The position numbers were made by a program, and so were the translations under genes. A stretch of 62,000 nucleotides of DNA from Hyalangium minutum (GTDB taxonomy: Bacteria > Myxococcota > Myxococcia > Myxococcales > Myxococcaceae), in contig NZ_JMCB01000004.1 in NCBI RefSeq assembly GCF_000737315.1, forward strand, positions 144,001 through 206,000, written 5' to 3'. Under the pieces are notes generated by a model, which saw only the letters and a program-made list of their open reading frames with translations, did no database searches and was not told the origin of the DNA. Shown piece by piece: positions 1 through 12,613 of this stretch; the stretch's first letter is position 1; each line of letters opens with the position of its first letter.

Positions 1-138
1 GGCGGCGAGCAATTGCGTGGTGATGGCGTACAGCGGCTCGGTGTCGTCACCGTCCTCTTCTCCACAGCCTGTGAGCAGGGACAGGGCCAGCATGGCGGCG
101 GAAAACCGCAGGGAAGAGAGGGCACCCAGATGCTTCAT
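1..138 (-). CDS. Lipoprotein, 5' part only (runs off window start); possibly MxcI-like iron-uptake lipoprotein
   Basis: Manual translation from ATG at 138: MKHLGALSSLRFSAAMLALSLLTGCGEEDGDDTEPLYAITTQLLAA; lipobox LTGC; Fur-box-like palindrome just upstream. Not in the ORF track. Confidence 0.6.
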   Translation of the reverse strand, partial: MKHLGALSSLRFSAAMLALSLLTGCGEEDGDDTEPLYAITTQLLAA

Positions 139-160
139 CGCAACAGCCTTTCCATGGAAA

Positions 161-187
161 TGAAATCGATAATCATTATCAATTTCA
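161..187. promoter_or_regulatory. Fur box
   Basis: tgaaatcGATAATcATTATCaatttca: near-perfect 27-bp AT-rich palindrome containing the Fur consensus core GATAAT-N-ATTATC, in an otherwise very GC-rich background. Confidence 0.8.
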
Positions 188-319
188 GTGCTCTATTAGG
201 AGGTGGCCGCGCCCCCTGTCAAGAAGAAGGGCTCTGTGGGTGGCGTCGTGTGGCTCGTGGGGATCGCGATCAGGGACGCGTTGCTACAGGTGGTGTACGT
301 CTGTACAGTGCACGGCCCC

Positions 320-2734
<2,415 letters not shown>

Positions 2735-2746
2735 GCGAGGTGCAGG

Positions 2747-4141
2747 GTGGACCTGAAGCGCAAGCTGGCACGGCTCTCGAGCATTGGCCCTGGCGGCAAG
2801 CCCGTGGCCACGGCTGCGCCCTCCGAGCCTGTTGCTGAGGCGGCTCCCGTCGCTTCGCCGCCCGCTCCCGAGCCGGAGGTGCGCAAGCCGCAGGATCCGC
2901 GTATCGCGGCGTTGCGCCAGATGCTGGGGGAGTGGTCCCAGCGCCGGGTCACCGCCGCAGGCCGCCGAGCTGCTCCGCCGCCGCCTCCGCCCCCGGGCCC
3001 GCTGCCCGCCGAGCCTCGGACGACGCCTCACGGAGTGGTCCACATCGCCGAGCGGTTGCTGCTGCCGGATCACCACCATGGCTCGGCTCCCGTGGCGGGC
3101 GCGTGTGACGTGGAGTCCGCGCTGGTGGCGAGCCTCGCGCTGGATCCCCGGCTGGCGGGCGTGGACTTCCAGCGGGTGCTCTACCTGGACACGGAGACGA
3201 CGGGGCTCGCGGGCGGCACCGGCACCGTGCCCTTCCTGGTGGGCCTGGCGTGGTTCGAGGGGCGCTCGCTCCGCGTGCAGCAGCTCTTCCTGAGCCGGCT
3301 GGGCGAGGAGGGACCCATGCTGCGCGTGCTGGCCGAGCGCATGGCCGGGTCCTCCTGCCTCATCACCTTCAATGGAAAGAGCTTCGACTGGCCGCTGCTG
3401 CGCACCCGCTTCGTGCTCAACCGCGTGCCCGTTCCCTCCGAGCTGCCGCACCTGGATCTGCTGCACTGCTCGCGGCGGGTGTTCAAGCACCGGGGCTCGG
3501 GGACGCGGCTGGTGCAGTTGGAGGAGCAGATCCTCGGGCACCGGCGCGTGGGCGACGTGGACGGCTCGCTGATCCCGGACCTCTACTTCCGCTTCCTGCG
3601 CGGCGGCAGCAGCGCGGCCCTCACGCCCGTGCTGGAGCACAACGCGAACGATCTCCTGCTCCTGGCGGCGCTGCTGGGTGAGCTGGTGCGGCGCTTCCGC
3701 ACCAGCCGCGGCGAGGAGGAGGATCCTCGGGACTTGCTCGGCTTCGCGGGCGTGGCGATGCGCGCCGGGGATTTCGAGCGGGCGCAGACCTTTGCCCAGG
3801 CTGCGGCCCGGGGCGGTGGCACGGTCAGCGTGGAGGCGCTCTCGCTGGCTTCCCGTCTGTCCCGCCGGGCAGGGGACTCCAAGAGCGCGGTGGACTTGCT
3901 GGAGCAGGCGCTCACCTCCGCGAGGGGCACCCAGGCCGCGCCGCTGCATCTGGCGCTCACCAAGCTGTACGAGCACTCGCTCAAGGATCTGGAGCGGGCC
4001 CTGCACCACGCGCGGCTCACCATGACCGCCGAGCTCCCCGAGGAGCAGCGCCACCGCATCTCTCGCCTGGAGCGCAAGCTGGGCCGGGGCTCAGGGGAGA
4101 ACGTGCTGGCGCTCGGGATGCCGCCTCGCGCCGGGCTCTAG
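2747..4141 (+). CDS. mrfB: RNase H-like DEDD exonuclease with TPR-like C-terminus (MrfB/YprB family)
   Basis: YLDTETTGL, TFNGKSFDWPLL, HLDLLH and HNANDLL motifs; Ala/Leu-rich helical C-terminus; 12 bp downstream of the helicase. Confidence 0.8.
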   Translation: MDLKRKLARLSSIGPGGKPVATAAPSEPVAEAAPVASPPAPEPEVRKPQDPRIAALRQMLGEWSQRRVTAAGRRAAPPPPPPPGPLPAEPRTTPHGVVHIAERLLLPDHHHGSAPVAGACDVESALVASLALDPRLAGVDFQRVLYLDTETTGLAGGTGTVPFLVGLAWFEGRSLRVQQLFLSRLGEEGPMLRVLAERMAGSSCLITFNGKSFDWPLLRTRFVLNRVPVPSELPHLDLLHCSRRVFKHRGSGTRLVQLEEQILGHRRVGDVDGSLIPDLYFRFLRGGSSAALTPVLEHNANDLLLLAALLGELVRRFRTSRGEEEDPRDLLGFAGVAMRAGDFERAQTFAQAAARGGGTVSVEALSLASRLSRRAGDSKSAVDLLEQALTSARGTQAAPLHLALTKLYEHSLKDLERALHHARLTMTAELPEEQRHRISRLERKLGRGSGENVLALGMPPRAGL

Positions 4142-4818
4142 GTGGACGCAGGGCCCGTCCAGGTGAGCTCGTACTCGCTGTCGAGCGTCCCCGTCACCCG
4201 GCTCCGCACCTCCACGCCTTCCAGGCGCAGGGTCTCCATCAGGCACAGGAGCGCGCCCTCGTGGTACGCGGCGGGCATGAAGTCGCGCTTCATGACGAGC
4301 CGGCAGTGGCGGGGCCCCAGCCACTGCACGGTCCGCTCGCCGTAGCTCGTCGTGGTCCGGAAGAGCACGGGCAGGCTCGACAGCACGCGCCGCGGCTCGC
4401 TGAACGAGAAGGAGAGGAAGGTCTTCCCCGCGCTCGAGCCCAGGAAGTCCTTCATGCCCCGCTTGCCGAGCTTCCGCAGGGCACCCGAGAAGTCCTCGTC
4501 GCGGGTGCTCAGGCACTGCGCTCCCATGTAGACCAGGCGCAGGAAGTCCGGGATGGCGTACGGCAAGAAGTCGAAGTAGGGCGCCTGCCCGAGCAGCTTG
4601 CTGCAATGCCGCTCCTCTCGCTCGGTGGCCAGGTAGCGCACAGTGTCGAGCACGCCACTGAAGAACAGGCCGCGCACGGTGTCCGTGGGGGTCGCCAGCG
4701 CCAGGCGCTTCTTGAGATCCAGCAGCGCGTTGAGCGGCATCTCCATCTGCGCGGCGACGTCATGCGCGATCGCAGGGGGGCTGCTTCCGGCAGGTTCGTG
4801 GGAGAAGGAGGGGGTCAT
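4138..4818 (-). CDS. DUF2378 (TIGR02265-like) Myxococcales protein
   Basis: ATPTDTVRGLFFSGVL, FDFLPYAIPDFLRL, TTSYGERTV and PAAYHEG patterns typical of this family; true start may be a downstream Met. Confidence 0.75.
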   Translation of the reverse strand: MTPSFSHEPAGSSPPAIAHDVAAQMEMPLNALLDLKKRLALATPTDTVRGLFFSGVLDTVRYLATEREERHCSKLLGQAPYFDFLPYAIPDFLRLVYMGAQCLSTRDEDFSGALRKLGKRGMKDFLGSSAGKTFLSFSFSEPRRVLSSLPVLFRTTTSYGERTVQWLGPRHCRLVMKRDFMPAAYHEGALLCLMETLRLEGVEVRSRVTGTLDSEYELTWTGPAST

Positions 4819-4833
4819 AGGCCGTTCACCTAA

Positions 4834-4849
4834 AGCAACAGGAGTGCCA
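4834..4849 (-). promoter_or_regulatory. sigma54 (-24/-12) promoter for the DUF2378 gene
   Basis: Minus strand reads TGGCACTCCTGTTGCT: GG-N10-GC with TGGCAC and TTGC, matching consensus. Confidence 0.7.
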
Positions 4850-5140
4850 ACAGCGGGCGCTCCACTGGAGGCCCTGGCGAGCGACTGGGCGCCCTCTCAC
4901 CGGAAGTGTTTCGTCCTGCCACGGCCCCCAGGTCCACACCCGGCTTCCTCGCTCTGAAACTGTAAAAAGGAGGGCCCTCCTGCGATGGGGGAGGCGAAAA
5001 GATTCAGTGCACTTTAGGGAGGGTTGCGCGGCCTGGCGGGCGGCCGCCTGGGATCGTCCACGGGGGAACGAGCAGGGAATTTCCGGAAAAGAAGGGCGGT
5101 TCGCGGGCACGCCGCGGATTAAGTTCCGGCCCGGCAACCG

Positions 5141-8110
5141 ATGCGGAAATGGCTCGTCATAGGGGCGGTGTGTGTCCTGGCGGTGGTGGGCGCGGCTGTG
5201 TTCTGGCTCCAGCCCGAGCCCGTGACGCCCTTGCGTGTTCCGGCATCGGAGACTGCCGCGGCGCGCCCCCTGCCGGACTTCCAGGCGGTGGAGGTGTCCT
5301 CTGGGGAGGCCGAGGGGCTGGCCCTCACGGGCCGTGTCTTGGAGCCCTCGGGGCGTCCCATCCCGGGCGCGGAGGTGTTCCTCGCGGCGAGCGCGCAGAA
5401 GACGCTCACCTCCGTGCGCTGTGACGAGTGCGGCTTGCCGCTGCTGTCCTGTCCGGCCCGTGAGAGTGGCATTCAGTCGCTGGCCTTCTTCGAGCACCAG
5501 CACGGCTTCCTTACCCCACGGGCCACCGTGCGCACGGACGCTCAGGGGAAGTTCCGCTTCGAGCGCTTGGCCGGAGTCTCCTTCTCGGTGTGGGCGAAGG
5601 CGGCGGGCTTCGGCGTGGCGATGCGCGAGCGCGCCGCCCCAGGCGAGCCGGTGGAGCTGTTCCTGCCCGCCCTGCGCACCATCACGGGGCAGGTGGTGGA
5701 TGACGGCGGGCAGCCCATTCCGAACGCCCACATCTACGCAGTGTCTCGGCGCACGGCGCTGCCCGCCGAGGCGGTGGCGGGAGGCGAGGGCCTCTTCACG
5801 TTGGACGGGCTGGGCGAGGGGCCGTTCTACCTCGTGGCCAGCGCCGAGGGCTTCCTGCCCACGGTGGAGCCGCAGGTGGAGGCGGGTCCGCAGAGGGTGC
5901 GACTGCGGCTGACGCCGACGCGCACGCTCGAGGTGCGCGTGGTGCGCGATGGCGCACCCATGGCGGCCACCGTGAGGCTGAAGGCCGATCACCTGTCGCG
6001 CGAGCTGCGCACGCAGGGCGAGCCGGCTCGGTTCACCGGGCTCTACCCGGACGAGGTGGTCATCACCGCTGAGTCCGGGAGCCTGGGGTCGACGCCTCGC
6101 ACCATCACCCTGCAGGAGCGCGTCACCCAGGTGACGATGGAACTGGAGGAGGCGGGCAAGCTGCTCGTCACGGTGGTGGATGACGCGGGCCAGCCCGTGC
6201 CCCAGCCCGAGGTGACGCTGCGCACCGTCACAGGCGAGGTGATCCGCCGGGAGAAGGGCGCCACGGGAGCGCTCGTGGAGCTGGGGCCCATCGCCATCGG
6301 AGACTACCTGGTGCACGGACACACCGAGGGCTTCCAGGACGTGGAGCTCCCCGTGCGCGTGCGGTCCGGAGAGACGCCCGTCGAGCTGGAGATGACGCAG
6401 GCGACGCTCATCTCCGGCCAGGTGATCGACGAGTACGGGCGGCCGGCGCCCAATGTCTCCGTGCTGGTGCAGCCCATTGGGGACACGGTGCTCGCGGACG
6501 CGGATGGGCACTTCGTGGCGCAGGTGCCCTCGCCGGGACTGTACGAGCTGCACGCGCACCACTCCGAGTGGGGCGGTGGCAAGGTGAAGGTGACGGCGCC
6601 CGCCTCGGGGGTGCGGCTGGAGCTGGAGCCGGCCGCGGCCATCGAGGTGACCGTCACCGCCGAGGGCCGCCGGGTGGAGGGCGCGGACGTGGTCCTCTGG
6701 GTGGAGCAGCAGGGGCTCTTCCGCAGCGATCGGCCCTCGGGGCCGGACGGCGTGGTGCCCATGCGAGGCTTGCCGGAGGGCACGTACTGGATGGTGGCCT
6801 CGCACCCGGATTACCTGCCCTCGGATCGGAAGCAGGTGAGGGTGGACGGGGAGCAGGTGGTGAAGGTCACCGCCGAGCTCAAGCCGGGGGCCATGCTCTC
6901 TGGGGACGTGATGGACGAGCAGGGAGCTCCCGTGAGTGGGGCCACCTTGACGGTGATGCCTCGGGGCGCGGAGCCCGCGGCGAGCGATGCACGCGGGCAC
7001 TTCGAGATCCGCGCGCTGCGGCCGGAGCGCACCTACCGGGTGGAGGCACGCCACCCCGGCTACGATCAGGTGGACAAGGCCGATGGCACGCCGGGGGGGC
7101 CGCCGGTGAAGGTGGTGCTCAAGCGCCGGCCGGTGTTCCGAGGCCGCGTGGTGGCCGATGACGGAACGCCGGTGAAGCGCTACCGCCTGGACGAGCACGA
7201 CATCTCCACGCCGGATGGGCGCTTCGAGGTCTCCCTGCCAGTGGCAGGGGAGCAGGTCATGGTCTCGGTGGACGCCCCAGGCTACGAGCCGATGATGGTG
7301 GAGCGGCCCGTGGCGCCGGATCTCGGGGACCTGGTGCTGCAGCGCGCGCCCACGCTCTCCGGGCTGGTGCGAGACGAGGGCGGCGCGCCAGTGGCGGACG
7401 CGGTGGTGACGTGCGAGGTGTGCGACGAGTCCGTGCTCTCGGGGCCGGATGGGCGCTTCTCCATCGCCAGTCCGCCGTACGTGGTGCAGTACTCGGTGTC
7501 GGCGCGCAAGGGCCGCCTGAGCGCGACGGAGACGCTGAGCCGGGGAAACACGTCGACCCTGGTGCTGACGCTGCGTCCGGCGACGCGGGTGAGCGGCACG
7601 GTGTACCTGCCGGGCGGACAGCCCGCGCCGGGCTACCAGCTGGACGGGGTGAACACCGAGCGCGGCGATGCGGTCGTCGTGGTGACGGGGCCGGACGGGC
7701 AGTACAGCGTGGACATGGCGCCGGGCAGCTACCGCTTCATGCTCGGGGAGGATCGCGAGTTCGCCGGAGAGCCCGCGCTGCTGGTGCGCGTCGAGGGCCC
7801 GTCGATGCGCCTGGACTTCGGAGCGGCGCCGGGCTCGGGCTCGCTCACGGTGACAGTCAAGCCCGAGCGAGGCAAGGCGCTCTGGGTGGTGGCGGGGGAT
7901 TCGCCTCCGGTCAACTCTCCGCTGGAGCTGATGCGCTCGCGCTATGCGCAGATGGTCTACCAGCCGCGCTCGGAGCGGGTGACGCTGCAGGGCCTGCCGC
8001 CGGGGCGCTACACGGTGGTGTGGGCGAGCTTCCACGCCGAGGCGCCCGAGGGGCCCATGGTCCGCACGGTGGAGATCCCCGGGGCGCAGGAAGTCTCCAT
8101 GGTGCGCTGA
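5141..8110 (+). CDS. Membrane-anchored protein with multiple carboxypeptidase-regulatory-like (beta-sandwich) repeats
   Basis: N-terminal hydrophobic helix; repeated ITGQVVDDGGQPIPNA / ISGQVIDEYGRPAPNV / LSGDVMDEQGAPVSGA units. Confidence 0.75.
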   Translation: MRKWLVIGAVCVLAVVGAAVFWLQPEPVTPLRVPASETAAARPLPDFQAVEVSSGEAEGLALTGRVLEPSGRPIPGAEVFLAASAQKTLTSVRCDECGLPLLSCPARESGIQSLAFFEHQHGFLTPRATVRTDAQGKFRFERLAGVSFSVWAKAAGFGVAMRERAAPGEPVELFLPALRTITGQVVDDGGQPIPNAHIYAVSRRTALPAEAVAGGEGLFTLDGLGEGPFYLVASAEGFLPTVEPQVEAGPQRVRLRLTPTRTLEVRVVRDGAPMAATVRLKADHLSRELRTQGEPARFTGLYPDEVVITAESGSLGSTPRTITLQERVTQVTMELEEAGKLLVTVVDDAGQPVPQPEVTLRTVTGEVIRREKGATGALVELGPIAIGDYLVHGHTEGFQDVELPVRVRSGETPVELEMTQATLISGQVIDEYGRPAPNVSVLVQPIGDTVLADADGHFVAQVPSPGLYELHAHHSEWGGGKVKVTAPASGVRLELEPAAAIEVTVTAEGRRVEGADVVLWVEQQGLFRSDRPSGPDGVVPMRGLPEGTYWMVASHPDYLPSDRKQVRVDGEQVVKVTAELKPGAMLSGDVMDEQGAPVSGATLTVMPRGAEPAASDARGHFEIRALRPERTYRVEARHPGYDQVDKADGTPGGPPVKVVLKRRPVFRGRVVADDGTPVKRYRLDEHDISTPDGRFEVSLPVAGEQVMVSVDAPGYEPMMVERPVAPDLGDLVLQRAPTLSGLVRDEGGAPVADAVVTCEVCDESVLSGPDGRFSIASPPYVVQYSVSARKGRLSATETLSRGNTSTLVLTLRPATRVSGTVYLPGGQPAPGYQLDGVNTERGDAVVVVTGPDGQYSVDMAPGSYRFMLGEDREFAGEPALLVRVEGPSMRLDFGAAPGSGSLTVTVKPERGKALWVVAGDSPPVNSPLELMRSRYAQMVYQPRSERVTLQGLPPGRYTVVWASFHAEAPEGPMVRTVEIPGAQEVSMVR

Positions 8111-8170
8111 GCGCGGGCGGAGAATGGCCGTGAGGTTGCGAGCCCGCCCGCTCGCGCATATGGAAGTCTC

Positions 8171-9406
8171 ATGGACGCATCGGTTCTGCAGGGCCGCCGG
8201 GTCATCGTGGGAGTCGGCGGAGGCATCGCGGCGTACAAGGCGTGCGAGCTCGTGCGCGAGCTGCAGCGAGCAGGCGCTCAGGTGCGCGTCGCCATGACGG
8301 AGGCGGCGAAGCAGTTCGTCACGCCGCTGACCTTCCAGGCGCTCAGCGGGCACCCGGTGCTCACGGACTATTTCGATCCGAACCAGGAAGGAAACTTCGG
8401 GCACCTGGACTTGGCGCGCTGGGCGGAGCTGTTCGTCGTGGCTCCGGCGACAGCGGACCTCATCGCGCGCATCCGGGCGGGGATGGCGGGGGACGCGGTC
8501 ACCACGTCGCTGCTGGCCTTCAAGGGCCCGGTGGTGCTGGCTCCGGCGATGAACGTGGCGATGTGGCAGAACGCGCTGACGCAGCAGAACGTGGCGGCGC
8601 TGGTGGCGGATCCGCGCTTCACGTTCGCGGGGCCGGACGCGGGGCTGCTGGCCTGCGGAGACGTGGGAGCGGGACGGCTCACGGAGGTGAAGGAGATCGT
8701 CGCCGAGGCGGCGGCGCGGATAGGCCAAGGGCCTCTGACGGGCAAGAAGGTGCTGCTGACGGCGGGCCCCACGCGCGAGTTCCTGGATCCGGTGCGGTTC
8801 ATCTCGAATCCCTCGACAGGGAAGATGGGGCTGGCGCTGGCGGAGGCGGCTCGGAAGCTGGGCGCGAAGGTGACGGTGGTGCTGGGGCCGGTGGGGGCAG
8901 TGGATCGCACGGGCCTCGAGGTGGTGGACGTGGTGAGCGCCGAGGACATGGCGCGCGAGGTGCTCTCTCGGGTGGAGGCGGTGGACTGGTTCATCGCCTC
9001 GGCGGCGGTGAGCGACTGGCGGCCGGAGACGCGGGCCCCGCAGAAGGTGAAGAAGGGCGAATCCCCCGAGGTGCTCAAGCTGGTGCGCACGCCGGATGTG
9101 CTCGCGGAGGCCTCGAAGAAGGTGGCGGGAGCGCCGAGGCGGCCGCTGCTGGTGGGCTTCGCCGCGGAGACGGAGCGGGTGCTGGAGCACGCCCGGGAGA
9201 AGCTGGAGCGCAAGAACCTGGACGCCATCGTCGCCAACGACGTGACGGTGCCCGGCGCGGGCTTCGGGACGGACACCAACCGGGTGACGGTGCTCTCCCG
9301 TACAGGGGTACGGAAAGACCTGGAGGGCACCAAGCTCCAGGTGGCGCAGGGGATTCTGGAACTGCTGCTGAGCCTCCCTCCGGCCGTGCCTGGGAGCGGC
9401 AGGTGA
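8171..9406 (+). CDS. coaBC: Bifunctional phosphopantothenoylcysteine decarboxylase / ligase
   Basis: GVGGGIAAYKAC, PATAD, PAMNVAM, TAGPTREFLDPVRFISNPSTGKMG, VGFAAET motifs. Confidence 0.97.
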   Translation: MDASVLQGRRVIVGVGGGIAAYKACELVRELQRAGAQVRVAMTEAAKQFVTPLTFQALSGHPVLTDYFDPNQEGNFGHLDLARWAELFVVAPATADLIARIRAGMAGDAVTTSLLAFKGPVVLAPAMNVAMWQNALTQQNVAALVADPRFTFAGPDAGLLACGDVGAGRLTEVKEIVAEAAARIGQGPLTGKKVLLTAGPTREFLDPVRFISNPSTGKMGLALAEAARKLGAKVTVVLGPVGAVDRTGLEVVDVVSAEDMAREVLSRVEAVDWFIASAAVSDWRPETRAPQKVKKGESPEVLKLVRTPDVLAEASKKVAGAPRRPLLVGFAAETERVLEHAREKLERKNLDAIVANDVTVPGAGFGTDTNRVTVLSRTGVRKDLEGTKLQVAQGILELLLSLPPAVPGSGR

Positions 9407-9554
9407 CGCGGCAGGTTGGATCGGCGGGAGCCTACCTGTAAGATGGTGCCGTTGACCATGGCGCCATGCTCGCCCCTGCGGTAAGCGTGCGGGAGGCGGG
9501 CTCAGGCTGGCTCCTTGAACCGGAGGCACCGCCTCCATTACCGATCGGGCTAAC

Positions 9555-10529
9555 GTGAGCGACCCGCGCGACTCCGCCGAAGAACTGGATGAAGCTGTCG
9601 AGGACCTGCGCCGCCACCTCCTATGGCAGGAGGAGACAGGCGGCCGGGCACTGCTCGTAGACGCGGCCAAGCTGTCGGCCGAGCGCTCGGCTTCCCTCCG
9701 GGCGATGATGCCTCCTCGGGGGGCCAAGGCCCCTGCCGCTCCCGAGAGCCCTGCGGCTCCGGAATCTGCCGCTGCTCCGGAGGCCCCCGCGCCTCATCCG
9801 GCTCCCATGCCTGCCCGCTCGCTGGCTCCCGAGGCCCCTGCCAGAGCCCCGGCTGCCTCCCGAGCGGAGCCTCCCGCTGCGGCGAGCAAGGGGATGCTCT
9901 TTGACGTGCCGCAGCAAGCGCCGCCGTACCCAGGCCCGTTGCCGGGCGTGGTGGAGGGCCAGCGCCCCATGCTGGACGAGATCCGGCGCGAACTCGGGGA
10001 CTGCCGGCGCTGCAAGCTGTGCACGGGGCGCAAGAACATCGTGTTCGGGGTGGGCAACCCGCGGGCGGAGCTGGTCTTCGTGGGCGAGGGCCCGGGAGAG
10101 CAAGAGGACCTGCAGGGGGTGCCCTTCGTCGGCCCAGCGGGTGAGCTGCTGACGAAGATGATCCAGGCGATGGGGTTCTCGCGGGATCAGGTCTACATCT
10201 GCAACGTGGTGAAGTGCCGGCCGCCGGGCAACCGCAACCCGGAGCCGGACGAGATCACCGCGTGCGAGCCGTTCTTGCGCTCGCAGTTGTTGGCGCTGCA
10301 GCCCAAGGTGATCGTGGCGCTGGGGAAGTTCGCAGCACAGACGTTGCTGCGGGACTCCACGCCGATTACGCGGCTGCGGGGGCAGTGGCGGGAGTACCAG
10401 GGGGTGAAGCTGATGCCCACCTTCCACCCGGCGTACCTCCTCCGGAGCCCGGCTGAGAAGAAAAAGGCCTGGGAAGATTTGCAGCAGGTGATGAAGATCT
10501 TCGGTAAGCAACCCGGCTCCCGCACCTGA
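9555..10529 (+). CDS. udg: Uracil-DNA glycosylase family 4 with Pro/Ala-rich N-terminal extension
   Basis: CRRCKLC Fe-S cysteines, [35 protein letters not shown]. Confidence 0.93.
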   Translation: MSDPRDSAEELDEAVEDLRRHLLWQEETGGRALLVDAAKLSAERSASLRAMMPPRGAKAPAAPESPAAPESAAAPEAPAPHPAPMPARSLAPEAPARAPAASRAEPPAAASKGMLFDVPQQAPPYPGPLPGVVEGQRPMLDEIRRELGDCRRCKLCTGRKNIVFGVGNPRAELVFVGEGPGEQEDLQGVPFVGPAGELLTKMIQAMGFSRDQVYICNVVKCRPPGNRNPEPDEITACEPFLRSQLLALQPKVIVALGKFAAQTLLRDSTPITRLRGQWREYQGVKLMPTFHPAYLLRSPAEKKKAWEDLQQVMKIFGKQPGSRT

Positions 10530-10553
10530 GGGGAGCCCGGAGGGGAGTCACGG

Positions 10554-11561
10554 ATGAAGGGAGTACTCGAGACGCGCGAGCTGCCATCGCCCGCGCTGGA
10601 GTCGAACCCGCTGGCGGACGTCGCTCGCCGGCAGCTGAGGGTGTACCTGCCGCCGGGGTACAACGAGGGCAGCCAGCGCTACCCCACCGTGTACTTCCTG
10701 CACGCCTTCTCCAACAGCGGCGCCTCGTGGACGAACGTGTCAGCGTTCGGGCTCAACGCGCTGGACCGGCTGGACGGGTTGATCGAGGCCGGGACGATTC
10801 CTCCGGTGATTGGCGTGTTCCCGGACGGGTGGACGGCGCTGGGCGGGAGCCAGTGGATCAACAGTGACGCGATTGGGCGCTACCGGGACTACGTGGCCAA
10901 GGACGTGCTGGGCTTCGTGGACCGCACGTACCGGACGCTGCCGAAGGCGGCCTCGCGGGCGGTGGTGGGGCACAGCTCGGGCGGGTACGGAGCGCTGGTG
11001 ATGGGGCGCTACCACCCGGAGCTGTTCAGCCACCTGGGGAGCCACGCGGGCGACTGCTACTTCGAGTACTGCTACCTGCCGGATCTGCCCAAGGCGGCGG
11101 GGGCGCTGCTGAAGGCGGGCGGGGTGGAGGCCTGGTACCAGGACTTCAAGAAGCGCTCACGGGAGACGAAGCCGCGGAGTGACGACTTCACGGTGATCAA
11201 CGTGCTGGCGATGGCGGCGGCGTACTCGCCGAAGAAGGGCGAGCCGCTGAACCTGGAGCTGCCGTTCGATCCGCAGACGGGGCGGCTGAAGCTGGACGTG
11301 TGGAACCGGTGGCTGGTGCACGATCCGGTGCGGTTCGTGCCGAAGTTCCTGGATGCGTTCAAGAAGATGAAGTCGGTATTCCTCGACTGCGGGACGCGGG
11401 ACGAGTTCAACTTGCGCTGGGGCACGCGCATGCTGGCCGAGGAGTTCAAGGCAAGCGGCGCGGAGCTGTGCCACGAGGAGTTCGAGGACTCGCACTCGGG
11501 GGTGACGTACCGGTTCGAGCGCTCGCTGGGGTTCCTGGTTCCGCGGATGGCGCGGGAGTGA
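10554..11561 (+). CDS. Alpha/beta-hydrolase esterase (Fes-like putative esterase)
   Basis: VYLPPGY, GHSSGGYGAL nucleophile elbow, LDCGTRDEF, terminal His region EDSHSG. Confidence 0.85.
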   Translation: MKGVLETRELPSPALESNPLADVARRQLRVYLPPGYNEGSQRYPTVYFLHAFSNSGASWTNVSAFGLNALDRLDGLIEAGTIPPVIGVFPDGWTALGGSQWINSDAIGRYRDYVAKDVLGFVDRTYRTLPKAASRAVVGHSSGGYGALVMGRYHPELFSHLGSHAGDCYFEYCYLPDLPKAAGALLKAGGVEAWYQDFKKRSRETKPRSDDFTVINVLAMAAAYSPKKGEPLNLELPFDPQTGRLKLDVWNRWLVHDPVRFVPKFLDAFKKMKSVFLDCGTRDEFNLRWGTRMLAEEFKASGAELCHEEFEDSHSGVTYRFERSLGFLVPRMARE

Positions 11562-11562
11562 C

Positions 11563-12600
11563 GTGACGATGATTTCCGATCCCTACGGACTGAGCCGCGT
11601 TGTCGGTGAGAAGGGCGTGCTGCCGCAGCGGGCGCGCAAGCTGGAGCCGTCGCTGCCGTGTCGCGAGGCGGAACTGCTCATCGACGTGGAGAGCCTCAAC
11701 ATCGACGCGGCGTCCTTCAAGCAGATCAAGGACGACGTGGGTGCAGAGCCCGCGAAGATCGCGGCGCGCATCCAAGAGATCGTGCGCGAGCGCGGCAAGA
11801 TGCAGAACCCGGTGACGGGCTCGGGCGGCATGTTGCTGGGGCGGGTGAAGGAGATCGGGCCGAAGCACCCGGCTCGAGGGACGCTGAAGGTGGGCGACCG
11901 GATCGCGACGTTGGTGAGCCTGTCGCTGACGCCGCTGGTGATCGAGGAGATCAAAGCGGTGCACGTGGAGATCGACCGGGTGGACATCCGGGGGCACGCG
12001 ATCCTGTTTGCGTCGGGGATCTACGCGAAGCTGCCGTCGGACATGCCGGACACGCTGGCGCTGGCGGCGCTGGACGTGTGCGGGGCTCCGGCGCTGGTAG
12101 CGCGGTACGTGAAGCCAGGGATGACGGTGGCGGTGCTGGGAGCGGGGAAGAGCGGGGCACTGTGCCTGGCGCAGGCGCGGAAGGATCTGAAGGGGCAGGG
12201 GAAGGTGCTGGCGCTGGATATCTCGGAGAAGGCGCTGGCGGCGCTGTCCGGGATTGGTCTGTGCGACACGGCACTGAAGGTGGACGCGACACAGGCGGTG
12301 GACGTGATGGAGGCGGTGTCGCAGGCGACGGGCGGAGCGTTGTGCGATCTGGTGGTGAACTGCGCCTCGGTGGGGAACACGGAGATGGCCTCGATCCTGT
12401 CGGTGAAGGATGGGGGCACGGTGATCTTCTTCTCCATGGCCACGAGCTTCACGGCGGCGGCGCTGGGGGCGGAGGGGGTGGGCAAGGACGTCACGATGCT
12501 GGTGGGCAACGGCTACGCGCCCGGCCACGCGGACCTCACGCTGGACCTGTTGCGCTCCGAACCCGCTCTCCGCAAGCTCTTCGAGACGCGCTACGTCTGA
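11563..12600 (+). CDS. kdd: L-erythro-3,5-diaminohexanoate dehydrogenase
   Basis: DPYGLSRV, LNIDAASFKQI, RGKMQNPVTGSGGML, ATLVSLSLTPL, FFSMATSFTAAALGAEGVGKDV; other lysine-pathway genes nearby. Confidence 0.9.
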   Translation: MTMISDPYGLSRVVGEKGVLPQRARKLEPSLPCREAELLIDVESLNIDAASFKQIKDDVGAEPAKIAARIQEIVRERGKMQNPVTGSGGMLLGRVKEIGPKHPARGTLKVGDRIATLVSLSLTPLVIEEIKAVHVEIDRVDIRGHAILFASGIYAKLPSDMPDTLALAALDVCGAPALVARYVKPGMTVAVLGAGKSGALCLAQARKDLKGQGKVLALDISEKALAALSGIGLCDTALKVDATQAVDVMEAVSQATGGALCDLVVNCASVGNTEMASILSVKDGGTVIFFSMATSFTAAALGAEGVGKDVTMLVGNGYAPGHADLTLDLLRSEPALRKLFETRYV

Positions 12601-12613
12601 GGAAGGCAGGGCT

